64,000 nt of DNA from an uncultured virus (IMG/VR IMGVR_UViG_3300028610_002615) (taxonomy: Duplodnaviria > Heunggongvirae > Uroviricota > Caudoviricetes): IMG/VR virus record IMGVR_UViG_3300028610_002615, one strand, 5' to 3'. Numbering within the stretch: the stretch's first letter is position 1; each line of letters starts with the position of its first letter. The notes beneath the pieces were generated by a model. The model saw only the letters and a list, made by a program, of their open reading frames with translations. It did not search any database and was not told where the DNA came from. Both the position numbers and the translations under genes were made by a program. Positions 20,559-30,863 of the stretch are shown piece after piece.

Positions 20559-20876
20559 ATGAATAAGAGACATATTATTGTCAGCGGACATAAATTTCCA
20601 GGTTGTCAAAAATACTGGTTGATAAAAAGAAAAGAATTATATGGCGTTGATGCTGATACTGATATCTTTGATATTTCTATGGGGTATTCTACTTTTTATT
20701 TTAAAGGAAAAACTTTACAAGAAGCAGAAGACTATCTTTTAGACTTTATCAAAGAAAAGGCCGAAAGAAAAATTAGAGTAGCAGAAAAGTTAGTGGCCGG
20801 ATTAAGAGGATTCTTAGAGGATAAGAGAGTTTTAACTACTGAACAATTATTGGAAAAATACAAAATAATGGATTGA
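20559..20876 (+). CDS. Hypothetical protein
   Basis: 105 aa, tightly packed after rtcB. Confidence 0.6.
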   Translation: MNKRHIIVSGHKFPGCQKYWLIKRKELYGVDADTDIFDISMGYSTFYFKGKTLQEAEDYLLDFIKEKAERKIRVAEKLVAGLRGFLEDKRVLTTEQLLEKYKIMD

Positions 20877-20898
20877 TTAACTTGAAAGGATAAAACAT

Positions 20899-21111
20899 AT
20901 GAAAGAATTTTTAATGGCATATGGAATCGTAGGAATATATCTTGGTTGTCTGATATTTTTACCCAAAGCAAATTTACAGAGTCAATCCGGAAGAGAAATG
21001 AATGCTAAGTGGAAATTTGAAAAATTCATGATCGTCCTCATAATTTGGCCATATTTTCTATACTTATACGCTATTAACCAATTTAAAAAACCTAGACAAA
21101 ACATGGGATGA
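20899..21111 (+). CDS. Small membrane protein
   Basis: 70 aa, two hydrophobic segments, GAAAGGA SD. Confidence 0.55.
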   Translation: MKEFLMAYGIVGIYLGCLIFLPKANLQSQSGREMNAKWKFEKFMIVLIIWPYFLYLYAINQFKKPRQNMG

Positions 21112-21422
21112 CAAACATGGCATACATCTTCGGAAAAATAAAATGTTATTTTTGTAGAGGGAAGGATGGTGTAATTCATTCAGTTTGTGCCTATGGAGTA
21201 TATGGTGATGTCGGCCAACGAATATTCTATCATCCTGAGTGTCTCGAGACGGTAGAATACAAACCTGAAAAGTTTGGTCATATAATGATGGATAAAGCTA
21301 TTCATATTGACGAACTGAAAAAAGAAAATATAAGAAAATGCAATAATGATCTCTATGAAGAATTTCAGAAAAAAGTAGAAAAACTCCATCGAAATCATTT
21401 CGAAAAAATGATGCCTAGATAG
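21108..21422 (+). CDS. Hypothetical Cys/His protein
   Basis: CxxC...HxxC; ATGA overlap. Confidence 0.55.
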   Translation: MTNMAYIFGKIKCYFCRGKDGVIHSVCAYGVYGDVGQRIFYHPECLETVEYKPEKFGHIMMDKAIHIDELKKENIRKCNNDLYEEFQKKVEKLHRNHFEKMMPR

Positions 21423-21427
21423 TTAAT

Positions 21428-21655
21428 ATGGTGGCTATAGTGAAAAAGTCTAAGAAGAAACATAAGAAAAAATCTTGCGGATCAAAGAAGGGTCACAAAA
21501 TAATTGATGGAGCCTACGGCGAGATAAGAAGTCTAAATAAAAGGCACTTCATTTTTCATAAACTACAACCATATAAATGTAAGTATTGTGGACTGTGGCA
21601 TGTTGGAAGGACAAAACAAATTCATTATGATAGATTTGATGAATTGAAAAAATAG
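21428..21655 (+). CDS. Small basic Zn-ribbon protein
   Basis: C..KK...Y.C.YCG.WH.G motif. Confidence 0.6.
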   Translation: MVAIVKKSKKKHKKKSCGSKKGHKIIDGAYGEIRSLNKRHFIFHKLQPYKCKYCGLWHVGRTKQIHYDRFDELKK

Positions 21656-21684
21656 ACCTTACATTATCCTAGGTCTATTTTTTT
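21647..21684 (+). terminator. Rho-independent terminator
   Basis: AAAAAATAGACCT...AGGTCTATTTTTTT. Confidence 0.65.
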
Positions 21685-21685
21685 G

Positions 21686-21699
21686 CTATATATATTAAT
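21686..21699 (+). promoter_or_regulatory. Promoter motif CTATATATATTAAT
   Basis: Exact copy directly after a terminator and ~45 nt before ATG 21744. Confidence 0.65.
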
Positions 21700-21743
21700 A
21701 ATTGAATAGTAGTTTACATTAACTTTTAACAGGAGGTGCTAAA

Positions 21744-22469
21744 ATGAATTATAATATCGTGAAGAAAATATGTCTTTACCTGATCATTGGAATCTTTATC
21801 TCTATTTACCTTTCGTTAGCCTTCTCATCATTTGTGACATATGTGCCACCTAGCTCTCAGGGAGAAACTTACTTTCAGGCAGAAAATCATCGGCAGCTGA
21901 TTGCTGATTTTCAAAAAAGGGTCATTGAACAGGAAGTTCAAATTGAAAAATTAGAAGCTCAACATCAGAGAAAATATGCTGCCATGAAGGAATCACATCG
22001 AAACCATCTTGAAACTGTCTCTGGGTCTTGGGAAAAACTGGTCGAGAGCCTTCGGATTCAAAATCGTGAACTTCAAATGAATCTCAGTCTCAATCTCAAA
22101 CATGATGCGCTCAGCCGCCTGTACAATACCAGTCAAATATCAAAAGAACAAGAGCTGGCACCGGCGAGGATTGAAGTTAAAAATATTCCGTTTGAGCAAA
22201 GGCTTTCAAAAGAGGATATGGACACTAAATATGACGTATACAACGCTTCTTTGATGATCGATCCTGAAAGAAGTTATGATCACGTTATGTACATTATAGG
22301 TCCTGAAACCGAATTTGAAAAAAAATGTATAAAGGTCCTTGACACAAATGTTTACATAGGAGAATCCGAGCGCTCATCTGAAAAAATCCGACAGTCGATT
22401 AAACACTGGAAGAAAACTTTATCATTCAACGTAGTGATCATAAACAGCATTTCAAGTCAATTTAACTGA
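21744..22469 (+). CDS. Membrane-anchored coiled-coil protein
   Basis: N-terminal TM, Q/E/K-rich heptads; AGGAGG SD. Confidence 0.7.
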   Translation: MNYNIVKKICLYLIIGIFISIYLSLAFSSFVTYVPPSSQGETYFQAENHRQLIADFQKRVIEQEVQIEKLEAQHQRKYAAMKESHRNHLETVSGSWEKLVESLRIQNRELQMNLSLNLKHDALSRLYNTSQISKEQELAPARIEVKNIPFEQRLSKEDMDTKYDVYNASLMIDPERSYDHVMYIIGPETEFEKKCIKVLDTNVYIGESERSSEKIRQSIKHWKKTLSFNVVIINSISSQFN

Positions 22470-22485
22470 TGAAAAGAGGTGTCTT

Positions 22486-22827
22486 ATGAAATTCAAAAAT
22501 TGTTTCGTTGATCAAAACGGAAACGTTTGGAGAACACAAACGCTTATTCAGAAATCTAAAGATCTTAAAGTGGATGCATTTCACATTACCGACAGTATCA
22601 TGGACGAGAATATTATGTGGACACTGAAAAATGTCCATGATTATCTTATCCATTATAAGAGAGTTCAGAGGGCAGATCTCAATGAGCCTCTGATATTGAG
22701 ATCTGACGGTTACGTCATGGACGGGTGGCATCGAATTATTAAAGCAATAAGCTGTGGAATAGAGGTCCTTCCGTCTAAACAGTTTATTGTGGATCCCGAA
22801 CCTGACTTTAAAGGAGAAGCAGAATGA
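22486..22827 (+). CDS. ParB/Srx-like domain protein
   Basis: ADL..PLIL...G.VMDGWHRI.KA motif. Confidence 0.65.
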   Translation: MKFKNCFVDQNGNVWRTQTLIQKSKDLKVDAFHITDSIMDENIMWTLKNVHDYLIHYKRVQRADLNEPLILRSDGYVMDGWHRIIKAISCGIEVLPSKQFIVDPEPDFKGEAE

Positions 22828-23291
22828 AACGATTAAGTGATGAAGGCAAAATCAATCTCGTAATAGAAATGGGAGAAGCTCTAGAAAGAAAACTATCCGA
22901 AGATGTAAAGTTAAGCCCATTTATTTCGATGGAGAAGGGATTTCTTTTAGAGTTAGCAAAACAAATTCGGAGAATGAGAGGGCTGAATCCCAAACCTGAC
23001 TCTAAAATGACTAAAAAACAATTCATACAAAAGTTTTTATATATGGGAGGATGTAATAGTCCTCAGCCAGTATACAGTGACGAAGGTTACTGTGTAGACT
23101 GTGATGTAGAAGGTGAAGTTATTAAAAAGGAAGAAGAATCTAATAGAATTGTGACTGATCGCGGACCAAGATTAGATTCTTGGGATGTTATAAATCTCAA
23201 ATGTCCAAAATGTAAAAAGACAGGTAAAATTGAAGGTTGTGTCTCTGAAAAAGATTTGACATTTACATCCATGTCTCAACCAGATGGATAA
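22824..23291 (+). CDS. Hypothetical Zn-ribbon protein
   Basis: CVDC...CPKC; ATGA overlap. Confidence 0.55.
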   Translation: MKRLSDEGKINLVIEMGEALERKLSEDVKLSPFISMEKGFLLELAKQIRRMRGLNPKPDSKMTKKQFIQKFLYMGGCNSPQPVYSDEGYCVDCDVEGEVIKKEEESNRIVTDRGPRLDSWDVINLKCPKCKKTGKIEGCVSEKDLTFTSMSQPDG

Positions 23292-23375
23292 TTTCCAACG
23301 GAAAATAGACCCTGAGCATGAGTAGATAGATGAGGCATGGGACAATCAAATGTAACGAAAGAAAGGAAATACGAT

Positions 23376-24146
23376 ATGCAAGTAAATCCTATTGAAGATC
23401 TTGTTTCTATGCTTAGACCGCCAGCTGAAACTCTTTTCGATGTGATCAACGGAACACAACCACCTGAACCTACAAACATCTTCAAGACTCTTCAAAGTCA
23501 TTCTCAAAATGCTTACACCTCAAAAGATTTGATTTCTTGGGATCCTGTGTGGATCAACATTTGGTTACAGTGGCCGAATCAAGAAATAAAAGATTTAGCT
23601 ATGTCTATTATTAACGCTTCAGATTCCGACGATATCAAAATGAAAAAAATTCAAACTTGGGTTTTTCGAAATATTGAATACATGCAAGATAAAGAGCAAT
23701 ATGGGTTTGAAGAGCTTTGGGTTCCTCCCATCATGTTATTGAAAACAATGAAGGGTGACTGTGAAGATGGAGCGTTTTTGATCATGAGTTTGGGGTTAAA
23801 TGCTGGAGTCGATCCAACTCGTCTTCGAATGTATGGTGGGTTTGTCAATGCAGGACCTGGAGCAGCGTCTGGAGGTCATGGCTGGATAGCTTACAGACGT
23901 GAATCAGATGATGAATGGGTAGCTGTTGATTATTCATACTATGTAGATCTTCGTTCAATGGATAAGAGAACTCCTTTGAAGGATGATGAAAAATATGTAG
24001 ATGATTATTTCTTCATGACAAATCAGTACATGGTCGTAACTGATCAAACTAATCGAATACGCAATCCGGAAATTTATACCCCAAACGGAGGTTACGTTCA
24101 ACCAAATGTACTTATGCCTGGATCTTGGTTAAGTGCATATGCGTAA
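23376..24146 (+). CDS. Transglutaminase-like cysteine peptidase
   Basis: GDCEDGA (Cys), GHGW (His), AVD (Asp) triad; ATG 23376 after GAAAGGA. Confidence 0.8.
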   Translation: MQVNPIEDLVSMLRPPAETLFDVINGTQPPEPTNIFKTLQSHSQNAYTSKDLISWDPVWINIWLQWPNQEIKDLAMSIINASDSDDIKMKKIQTWVFRNIEYMQDKEQYGFEELWVPPIMLLKTMKGDCEDGAFLIMSLGLNAGVDPTRLRMYGGFVNAGPGAASGGHGWIAYRRESDDEWVAVDYSYYVDLRSMDKRTPLKDDEKYVDDYFFMTNQYMVVTDQTNRIRNPEIYTPNGGYVQPNVLMPGSWLSAYA

Positions 24147-24159
24147 TAACTTTAGCGAA

Positions 24160-24200
24160 AAATATCCCTGAGTTGTCGTGAGAAAAACTCAGGGATATTT
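24160..24200. terminator. Bidirectional terminator hairpin between convergent genes
   Basis: 15-bp perfect inverted repeat AAATATCCCTGAGTT/AACTCAGGGATATTT. Confidence 0.75.
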
Positions 24201-24219
24201 AATTGTAAAACAACTTCTA

Positions 24220-25671
24220 TTATCCACTGATTGTCAGTGTAGCAATTCCAGCTGCTCTTACTAATGCAGTCGCGTATCTTGATAAGATTGTCAGACTTGG
24301 TGTAAATCCTAAAGGATACGGATGTAAAACCGCGGGAACGTAAGGAGAGTAGAAATAAATAGCTTTCAACTCTTCTACTGGTTTATAAACCATTAACATC
24401 GTCCCTTGTGTAACAACTGCAGATGTTAGAACTCTCCATTTTCCACCAGCAACTGTAGCACTTCTATATCCAAGATCACCATCAACAGACGATGTTCCTG
24501 TGTAGTTGAATGTTTGCAGGTCTTCTAGGATTGCAACATCTAGTGGGTTAGCAGCAATTGTGTTACCCGCTTCAATGTTTGTATCTTCGTAGATTTGTCC
24601 TGAAAGTTCATTCAGTGGTACGATGATATTTTCATGCCAATACTTAGTTCCCCAAGTATATGTGTTTGGCGGAGTTCTACTGAAAGCTCTTGTATGTGTA
24701 GCATCATTCAGTCTGGTATTTGCTGTAACCAGAGCATTGATGATTTCTCTATCAATGTCTAAAGCAACCTGTTGGCCCAGAATGTTTACAATTTCCGCTT
24801 GCATGGAGATATCAAACAGAGCACGCATATCCTGTTCCATGTTGATGGTCCAGTTTGCGCTGATCTGTCTGTCTCTTGCATACAGACGAATCTTATCTAC
24901 GTTCAGGGTTACTGAAGGATTGATTCTGTTTTCTTCTAGTGAAGTTGTTACTTGGTAACGAGCGAAAGTAACAGTTCCAGTTGTGCTGGAAATGTCAACT
25001 GTTCCCGCCAGGTAGTCAACTTTACCTGAGATAACGTCTGCTACACCACCGACTGTTACACTAGCTGAGAAGTGACCTTCAACAGCTGGTACAATAGAAA
25101 CGTCAGTGAAGTTAGTTCCGTCGGTAGAAACACCAGTAATCTCGAAATCTCTCTCTAAGTGTGCTTCCGTACTAGTTAATCCGACTTGCGCCAGTACATC
25201 ATAACCTGAACTCGGAACGGCCATTGATGCAGCGACAGGAGTTCCAAATGCAACACCACGAGAAATGTCCGTATTAACAACAGGAGCATTATACTGTGTT
25301 GAACTATTTGAAGGTGTAAATGTCGCTCTTACGAATGCTTTAACAGATTCAGGTTTATCCATAGGTGAAACTGTTACTAGCTCTTTCGCAACTAGTTTAG
25401 GATAGAACACACGAAGAATTGGAAGTGTCAATGTTTCATAAGGGTTGATCTGGAACATTGAATTTTCAAGAAGGTTTATTCTGGTATTTTCTGCCAGTTG
25501 TAGGAACTGAGCACGGTCTTTCTTATTCTCGATAGATTCGGCCAGACCTTGAGAGTATGCACTCCAAGCAGCGTCATCGACAAGAACTTGTTTCAGATTT
25601 CCGGGCTTTGATGGATCTACTCCACTAATTTTCTTTGTGGTCTGGTAGACTTCAAGCAGTAATTCCTTCAT
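24220..25671 (-). CDS. Major capsid protein (T4 gp23-like)
   Basis: PILRVFYPKLVAKELVTVSPM, ANWTINMEQDMRA...LDIDREII, YSPYVP, SRYA gp23-family motifs. Confidence 0.9.
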   Translation of the reverse strand: MKELLLEVYQTTKKISGVDPSKPGNLKQVLVDDAAWSAYSQGLAESIENKKDRAQFLQLAENTRINLLENSMFQINPYETLTLPILRVFYPKLVAKELVTVSPMDKPESVKAFVRATFTPSNSSTQYNAPVVNTDISRGVAFGTPVAASMAVPSSGYDVLAQVGLTSTEAHLERDFEITGVSTDGTNFTDVSIVPAVEGHFSASVTVGGVADVISGKVDYLAGTVDISSTTGTVTFARYQVTTSLEENRINPSVTLNVDKIRLYARDRQISANWTINMEQDMRALFDISMQAEIVNILGQQVALDIDREIINALVTANTRLNDATHTRAFSRTPPNTYTWGTKYWHENIIVPLNELSGQIYEDTNIEAGNTIAANPLDVAILEDLQTFNYTGTSSVDGDLGYRSATVAGGKWRVLTSAVVTQGTMLMVYKPVEELKAIYFYSPYVPAVLHPYPLGFTPSLTILSRYATALVRAAGIATLTISG

Positions 25672-25732
25672 AACTTTTTTTCCTCCCTTGTATTTAAACT
25701 ACGTGTATAACTAGAAATCTCTAGTCTTTCAA

Positions 25733-25742
25733 TTATGTTCTA
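25733..25742 (-). promoter_or_regulatory. Putative late-promoter motif TAGAACATAA upstream of capsid gene
   Basis: Recurrent motif ~60 nt upstream of MCP ATG. Confidence 0.6.
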
Positions 25743-25821
25743 TTTAACTATATAGTTAGAAATATACCTACAACAAAAATCGTATGTAGTTTGTTTCCCA
25801 AGCTTTTAGAAACAAACTACT

Positions 25822-26235
25822 TTACTTAGCAAATCTTTTATTAAGGAGAAGCATTGTTTTATTTAATTGTTCATCTAATTTTTCTGTGGGCAATCTTTCT
25901 AAAATTTTCAATAGGATAACCGTTTCATGTCTCAATGCCCCATCGTTTATAAGACCAGCTTTTACCATTGTCTTTATTCTGTCTAAAATTTTAGAAATTT
26001 TCTTAGCTTTTGAGTAACGAACTAAAAGTCCTTTTATTGAATCTTTCTCATGTTTTAGAACGCTTTTTAACTTTGAGAGGTTTTGTTCATATTTTATAAC
26101 GTCTTTTTCTTTTCCTTTATGTAGATCATTAAATAGAGGATAGACATTAGAAATGATACTATTTGCTAAAATCATCTTTGATTCATCTATATTATTTATG
26201 GTTACATCAGGAATTTTTGTTTGAAGGATTTTCAT
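25822..26235 (-). CDS. Hypothetical head-module protein
   Basis: 137 aa between protease and MCP. Confidence 0.65.
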   Translation of the reverse strand: MKILQTKIPDVTINNIDESKMILANSIISNVYPLFNDLHKGKEKDVIKYEQNLSKLKSVLKHEKDSIKGLLVRYSKAKKISKILDRIKTMVKAGLINDGALRHETVILLKILERLPTEKLDEQLNKTMLLLNKRFAK

Positions 26236-26522
26236 TATTCGCTCCCTATAAAATCTAATAATTGATCCCTTACTTCTATATTTCTCTCTTCTAGATCAGT
26301 AATTCTTTCTATGAGATCTTCTCTAGCTTTTTTAGATCTTCTAGCAATTTCCATCTGCCTCATTGCTTTTTCTTTTAATGACGAAACTTTCCCATCAAGA
26401 GTTTTAGTCTTATTTTTTAAGGGAAAGTTAGGATCTGTCTTACAAATTGAAAAGATGCGTTGAATTACTTGTGGTAACATTTCTTTATTTTCAGAGGTTA
26501 TTGATTCGCTAATGATTTCCAT
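26235..26522 (-). CDS. Hypothetical head-module protein
   Basis: 95 aa, AAGGAG SD, coiled-coil. Confidence 0.65.
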   Translation of the reverse strand: MEIISESITSENKEMLPQVIQRIFSICKTDPNFPLKNKTKTLDGKVSSLKEKAMRQMEIARRSKKAREDLIERITDLEERNIEVRDQLLDFIGSE

Positions 26523-26534
26523 TTCACTCCTTTC

Positions 26535-27200
26535 TTATATCCATCTGTCAAAAAATTCAATTGTTTTTGATTCAATTAATTTATCAAAATAATCCGGCAT
26601 AAAACATTTTCCATCTATACATACTAATCCGGAAGCTGTTTCTAGTAGTGCAGTTTGTTCAAATTTCATTTCGTTAAAGTCAACAACTGCAGATTTATGT
26701 GAAGGCATTGAGACTGCATCAAACGAAATAACTGTCAATGGGGATTTAACAACATTATGATCTTGTAGATGTTCAAGTTCAGCTAATCCTCTCATACTAA
26801 ATCCAACGCCCGTTTTATCGCTTAATAATGCAAAAAGCTCACCACCCTTTGTTGTGCTCAATGTTTCCATCTCACCTACTAAAAAGTTGCTATTAAAATC
26901 ATAACTTCTGATGATATGTGACGCATTACTCAAAGCAACAGTTGTTTGTCTTATACCATCAATTTGTTGATTTCCTGTTGGCAAAGGATGATCAAGTTCT
27001 GAATAGAACGCTCGCCTATTCATTCTATCCTCACAATTACCCATACCTTCTTTCAAAACTATTTCGGGATACATTCTTTTATTTTGATTTATCTCATTTA
27101 CAGTCTGAATAGGGCATCTAAAAATTGCCCTTCCTCCACTAGTTTTTATCAACTCAGCTTCAGACATAATACTGCTTTCAATAATTAAACTTGGTCCCAT
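26535..27200 (-). CDS. Prohead core protease (T4 gp21-like)
   Basis: NQNKRMYP, ELDHP, SHII, GFSMRG, FDAVSMPS motifs. Confidence 0.9.
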   Translation of the reverse strand: MGPSLIIESSIMSEAELIKTSGGRAIFRCPIQTVNEINQNKRMYPEIVLKEGMGNCEDRMNRRAFYSELDHPLPTGNQQIDGIRQTTVALSNASHIIRSYDFNSNFLVGEMETLSTTKGGELFALLSDKTGVGFSMRGLAELEHLQDHNVVKSPLTVISFDAVSMPSHKSAVVDFNEMKFEQTALLETASGLVCIDGKCFMPDYFDKLIESKTIEFFDRWI

Positions 27201-27204
27201 TGTA

Positions 27205-27840
27205 TTACCTCTCTTTGTATTGTTCTACATGGTATTTTCTTAGAATAGAGTAAACTTGATCAAGAAATTCATAAAATGTTACAATAATTGGATCTATTTT
27301 ATCTTTAAACTTTGAGATGTTGGTAATAACAACTTCAAAAAGATTAATTGCTTTTCCCACTCCTCTTCTTAATTCAAGGAGATTCTGATCTGTTGACTCA
27401 GATAAATATGCTTCTACTGATGTAAGTCTTGCATAAATTTTTTTCATTTCATACACTCGGCCAAGCTCGCTTGAATCTAATTTTACATAATCTCTATCTT
27501 GGGGACCACCAATTCCAAGAGCGCCTGCTCCTAAACCTGCCATAGCTGGATCAGTAGCACCCATTGCAGCAGGATCACCCCCAGGCATCCCACCACCCAT
27601 TGCAGGATCGTTAGGAGCTCGTGGAGTAGTTCCACCGGCCGGTTGTTCTATCAACTTATGTTCCATAGCTTTATGAGTTATAAAAGGTGTTGGATCTTCA
27701 ACATAGGGGAAATCCTCAAATTCATCTTCATTTCCCATATGATCTTTATCACCTTTAAGTCTTGGAGGTGTATATCTTGTAGTAGTTACACTCTCCAATG
27801 CTCTTCTTATAGATTTAGAGTAAGACATTTTTTTCTCCAT
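27205..27840 (-). CDS. Hypothetical head-associated protein
   Basis: 211 aa with G/M/P-rich linker; in head operon. Confidence 0.65.
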   Translation of the reverse strand: MEKKMSYSKSIRRALESVTTTRYTPPRLKGDKDHMGNEDEFEDFPYVEDPTPFITHKAMEHKLIEQPAGGTTPRAPNDPAMGGGMPGGDPAAMGATDPAMAGLGAGALGIGGPQDRDYVKLDSSELGRVYEMKKIYARLTSVEAYLSESTDQNLLELRRGVGKAINLFEVVITNISKFKDKIDPIIVTFYEFLDQVYSILRKYHVEQYKER

Positions 27841-28646
27841 TATAAACGACTGTATAGTGTTCCAGATTTATATCTAACTTTTTTAATTTTAATATCTAAT
27901 TGACTTCTGCATTTTTCTGGATTTTTAGAACCCGGACAATCATTTCTAGCTTTTACATAAGCATTCATTTTAGCTTGGAGTCCAGCTTTTTTAAATCTTA
28001 CAATACAATTTCTTCTTTCAGGTCCACTAAAACCTTTGCATTGTCTTGCTGCTTTAGATAAATAAATTTTATAAACTCTATGTCCTGCCGCAGAAGCAGC
28101 TGCAACTAAGACAACAACACTCCCACCTTTTAAATATCTTTTCGCCGTTGGTGCGTGTTTTGTAGCTCCGCTTCTTAATTTCGCATAACTTGTTTTTCCG
28201 AGCTCTTTTCCCTTACTATATCCTTTTAGTAAATCTTCTTTTGGAGTTGTAGTTTTAAATTTTGGTGATTTTGTTTCGGGTGTTGATTTCGGAGCTGTTG
28301 CAGCAGCTTTTACTTCTGATGGAGTTGGTGATCCTCCTCCAAATTTTTGTTTTATAGATCCAGCTTCTTGTTTCTCTTTTTTAGTTAATTTCTTTCTTCC
28401 TTTTCCTTCAGACATATATCTGAAAATCAAAGGATAAATAAAGTTTTCGGCTTGTGCTTCAAGAATATATTGTTCATTGATTGTTAATTTTCGAGAAGGC
28501 TTAGTTCCATTGAAAACAAGATTTAATATCTGATCCCACTCAGCTTCTTTAACGTAATCAATCATATCACATTTTTCTTTTGCCAAAAGATTGGACTCCA
28601 TAATATATGCAGCACCAAAGTATCTTATAGTATCAATATCCATCAT
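27840..28646 (-). CDS. Hypothetical (possible internal head) protein
   Basis: ATG 28646 after AAGGAGGA; basic C-terminus with Cys pairs. Confidence 0.65.
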   Translation of the reverse strand: MMDIDTIRYFGAAYIMESNLLAKEKCDMIDYVKEAEWDQILNLVFNGTKPSRKLTINEQYILEAQAENFIYPLIFRYMSEGKGRKKLTKKEKQEAGSIKQKFGGGSPTPSEVKAAATAPKSTPETKSPKFKTTTPKEDLLKGYSKGKELGKTSYAKLRSGATKHAPTAKRYLKGGSVVVLVAAASAAGHRVYKIYLSKAARQCKGFSGPERRNCIVRFKKAGLQAKMNAYVKARNDCPGSKNPEKCRSQLDIKIKKVRYKSGTLYSRL

Positions 28647-28653
28647 ATCCTCC

Positions 28654-30618
28654 TTAAATTGCGCCACCTTCCATTCCGCCTCCTCCTCCCATTCCGCCGT
28701 AATCACCGCCTAATGCGCCCAAACCTCCACCCATGCCCATTTCATCTGAAGTTCTTTTCTTTGGATCTAGAGTCTTATCAATCTTATCTTCAATTTCATA
28801 TTTTTTAACTTCTTCCCAATCAATTTGAGATAGATATTTTTTCTTTGAGTATTCTTTTGGAATACCAATTCTTTCTAAATTCTCAACAAGGGTCGTAAGT
28901 TCGTTCATGTATCTGGCTTCTCGCTCGAATTGTAGTGAGCGCGGAACTGGTAATGACACTTCAACATGTTCTAAAATAGTTAAAGCTTCTTCGGGATCGA
29001 TAATATCAAATATTTTTTGTAGCAATTCTCTTAGTTGATGCGTTAAATATTTTTGATGACCAACTATTGTTCTAGCGAATAAGATATTTTCTTCGCTAAG
29101 AGCTGCCTTGTTTGAAAGGTTTTCTTCAATACCAAGGAAACTAGGTGGAACTCCCAAACTTGCAACCATCTGATCCCTTAAAAATTTTAGTTCGTCTGTT
29201 TTACTTCGTACATCAACATTTCCTTCTGTAAATGTTGAAATATCAACAAACGGTTTTCCGTCCTTCTGAGGAATATAAACGTCCTCAAATGTTGTAATCA
29301 TACTTGGAATTGTATCAACGCTTCCAAAGCTATCAAGACTTATCTTTCTTTTTCTAAATTCTTCTTTTAACAGTTCAACTGCTTTTCTTGCATCTCTTGG
29401 AAGACCGATTTCAACAGCGATCTTTCTTTTTTCAGTTGATCTAGATAATCTTTGAACAGCTAAAGCAGTCTCTAAGGCAATCAACACTTTTGAAGTGTAT
29501 TGAGTGCTATCAAAAATAGATTCCCCATATGGATAATATTTAGTTGTTGGTCTTATAAAATGAGTCATCTTATCTGGAGCAACATATCGAATATCAATTG
29601 CCTTATTTAAATCAGCATTGCTAATCATAGATTTAATAATTTGCTTTAATTCTTCGTCACCTTTAAAGTCTTTCATTTGAGGTAATTTCTTTTCTAGACT
29701 TTTTAGAATTGCCAAGCAAATATTATTAATTGCCTCATCTGCCAATGCCATTCCTGGCATAGACATCATCATAGGAAAAACTAAATAACCAAAACACATA
29801 GGAAACATTCCACTTTGAAGTTTAACCACATATTGCGGATCGTGAAAAACCATTTTTATATTAGCTAATTTTTTCTGCCTATTTCTATTTTCATCTTTTT
29901 CGGATGTCTTTTTATCAGAAGCAGCTTCGTAAAGAGCTGTATAATCTAGATTGATTTTACAATGTTTATCCTTCCCTATTGGTTCTGTTATTAATTCTTT
30001 TTGTCCAGAAGAAAATTCTTCTTCGACTCTTTGAAGGTAAGTTTGAGCTTCAGATAATAATGTTTGGCTTGTTAAAGCAGCTATAGGACCGCCAATCTCA
30101 CAGAATAAATCTCCAAATAAAAGAGTATTTCGCACAATACCATCTAGTTTTCTTTCAAGATCAATTTTTTTAACAACCTCTCTAACATATCTAACTTTTG
30201 TTTCTACTGGAGTTTCAGTCTCTAAAAATGATGTTGGTCTTATTTCAAGTGCTGTTTTTGTTATATCATCCGGGGATAGAATATTGTCAACTAAAACTTG
30301 TAAAGCTCTATATGCATAGTTTATTTGTGATATAATAGCTTGATATGCTTTATATCTCATTATCCTACTGCCCTGTCCAAATGCTGTAGGAGTTACACCT
30401 TGAGCGAATAAACCACCTCCAACACCACTAATTTTCACATCTGCAGTTTTTGAAATGATGCTGCGGACCAGTTCCACATAACCATTTCTTCCTGAATGAC
30501 TCTTTAATGCAACAATGTCTTGAACTGCTTTATCAAGTTTCGCATCAATTTTAGAAGTTTGAGTTCTAACGACTGTAGTTTTAAGTTTACTAAGTGTATC
30601 AGCTATTGATGGTGCCAT
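28654..30618 (-). CDS. Portal protein (T4 gp20-like)
   Basis: PYGESIF, RLSRSTEKR, EDVYIPQKDG, GVPPSFLG motifs; G/M-rich tail; head-operon position. Confidence 0.85.
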   Translation of the reverse strand: MAPSIADTLSKLKTTVVRTQTSKIDAKLDKAVQDIVALKSHSGRNGYVELVRSIISKTADVKISGVGGGLFAQGVTPTAFGQGSRIMRYKAYQAIISQINYAYRALQVLVDNILSPDDITKTALEIRPTSFLETETPVETKVRYVREVVKKIDLERKLDGIVRNTLLFGDLFCEIGGPIAALTSQTLLSEAQTYLQRVEEEFSSGQKELITEPIGKDKHCKINLDYTALYEAASDKKTSEKDENRNRQKKLANIKMVFHDPQYVVKLQSGMFPMCFGYLVFPMMMSMPGMALADEAINNICLAILKSLEKKLPQMKDFKGDEELKQIIKSMISNADLNKAIDIRYVAPDKMTHFIRPTTKYYPYGESIFDSTQYTSKVLIALETALAVQRLSRSTEKRKIAVEIGLPRDARKAVELLKEEFRKRKISLDSFGSVDTIPSMITTFEDVYIPQKDGKPFVDISTFTEGNVDVRSKTDELKFLRDQMVASLGVPPSFLGIEENLSNKAALSEENILFARTIVGHQKYLTHQLRELLQKIFDIIDPEEALTILEHVEVSLPVPRSLQFEREARYMNELTTLVENLERIGIPKEYSKKKYLSQIDWEEVKKYEIEDKIDKTLDPKKRTSDEMGMGGGLGALGGDYGGMGGGGGMEGGAI

Positions 30619-30620
30619 AT

Positions 30621-30863
30621 TTATCTCCGAGCTTTACTTCGAACTCTTGGTCCGTATTTTTTATGAATCTTCTCTCTATACTTATAGAATAAATCGCGAT
30701 AAAAAATCATTTTGTCGTATAAGGGATCTCCTTTTTCTTTAGCTTCTCTACTTGCCAATTGACCAATAGCTCTTTTGATTTTTGTTTGACGAGTCACAAC
30801 TATTCGAGAAGTTTTCTTACCTTCTTCAATGTTGTCTAGGTATCTTTGAAGTAGTTTTCCCAC
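30621..30863 (-). CDS. Small basic head-module protein
   Basis: 80 aa, GGAGGA SD. Confidence 0.6.
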   Translation of the reverse strand: MGKLLQRYLDNIEEGKKTSRIVVTRQTKIKRAIGQLASREAKEKGDPLYDKMIFYRDLFYKYREKIHKKYGPRVRSKARR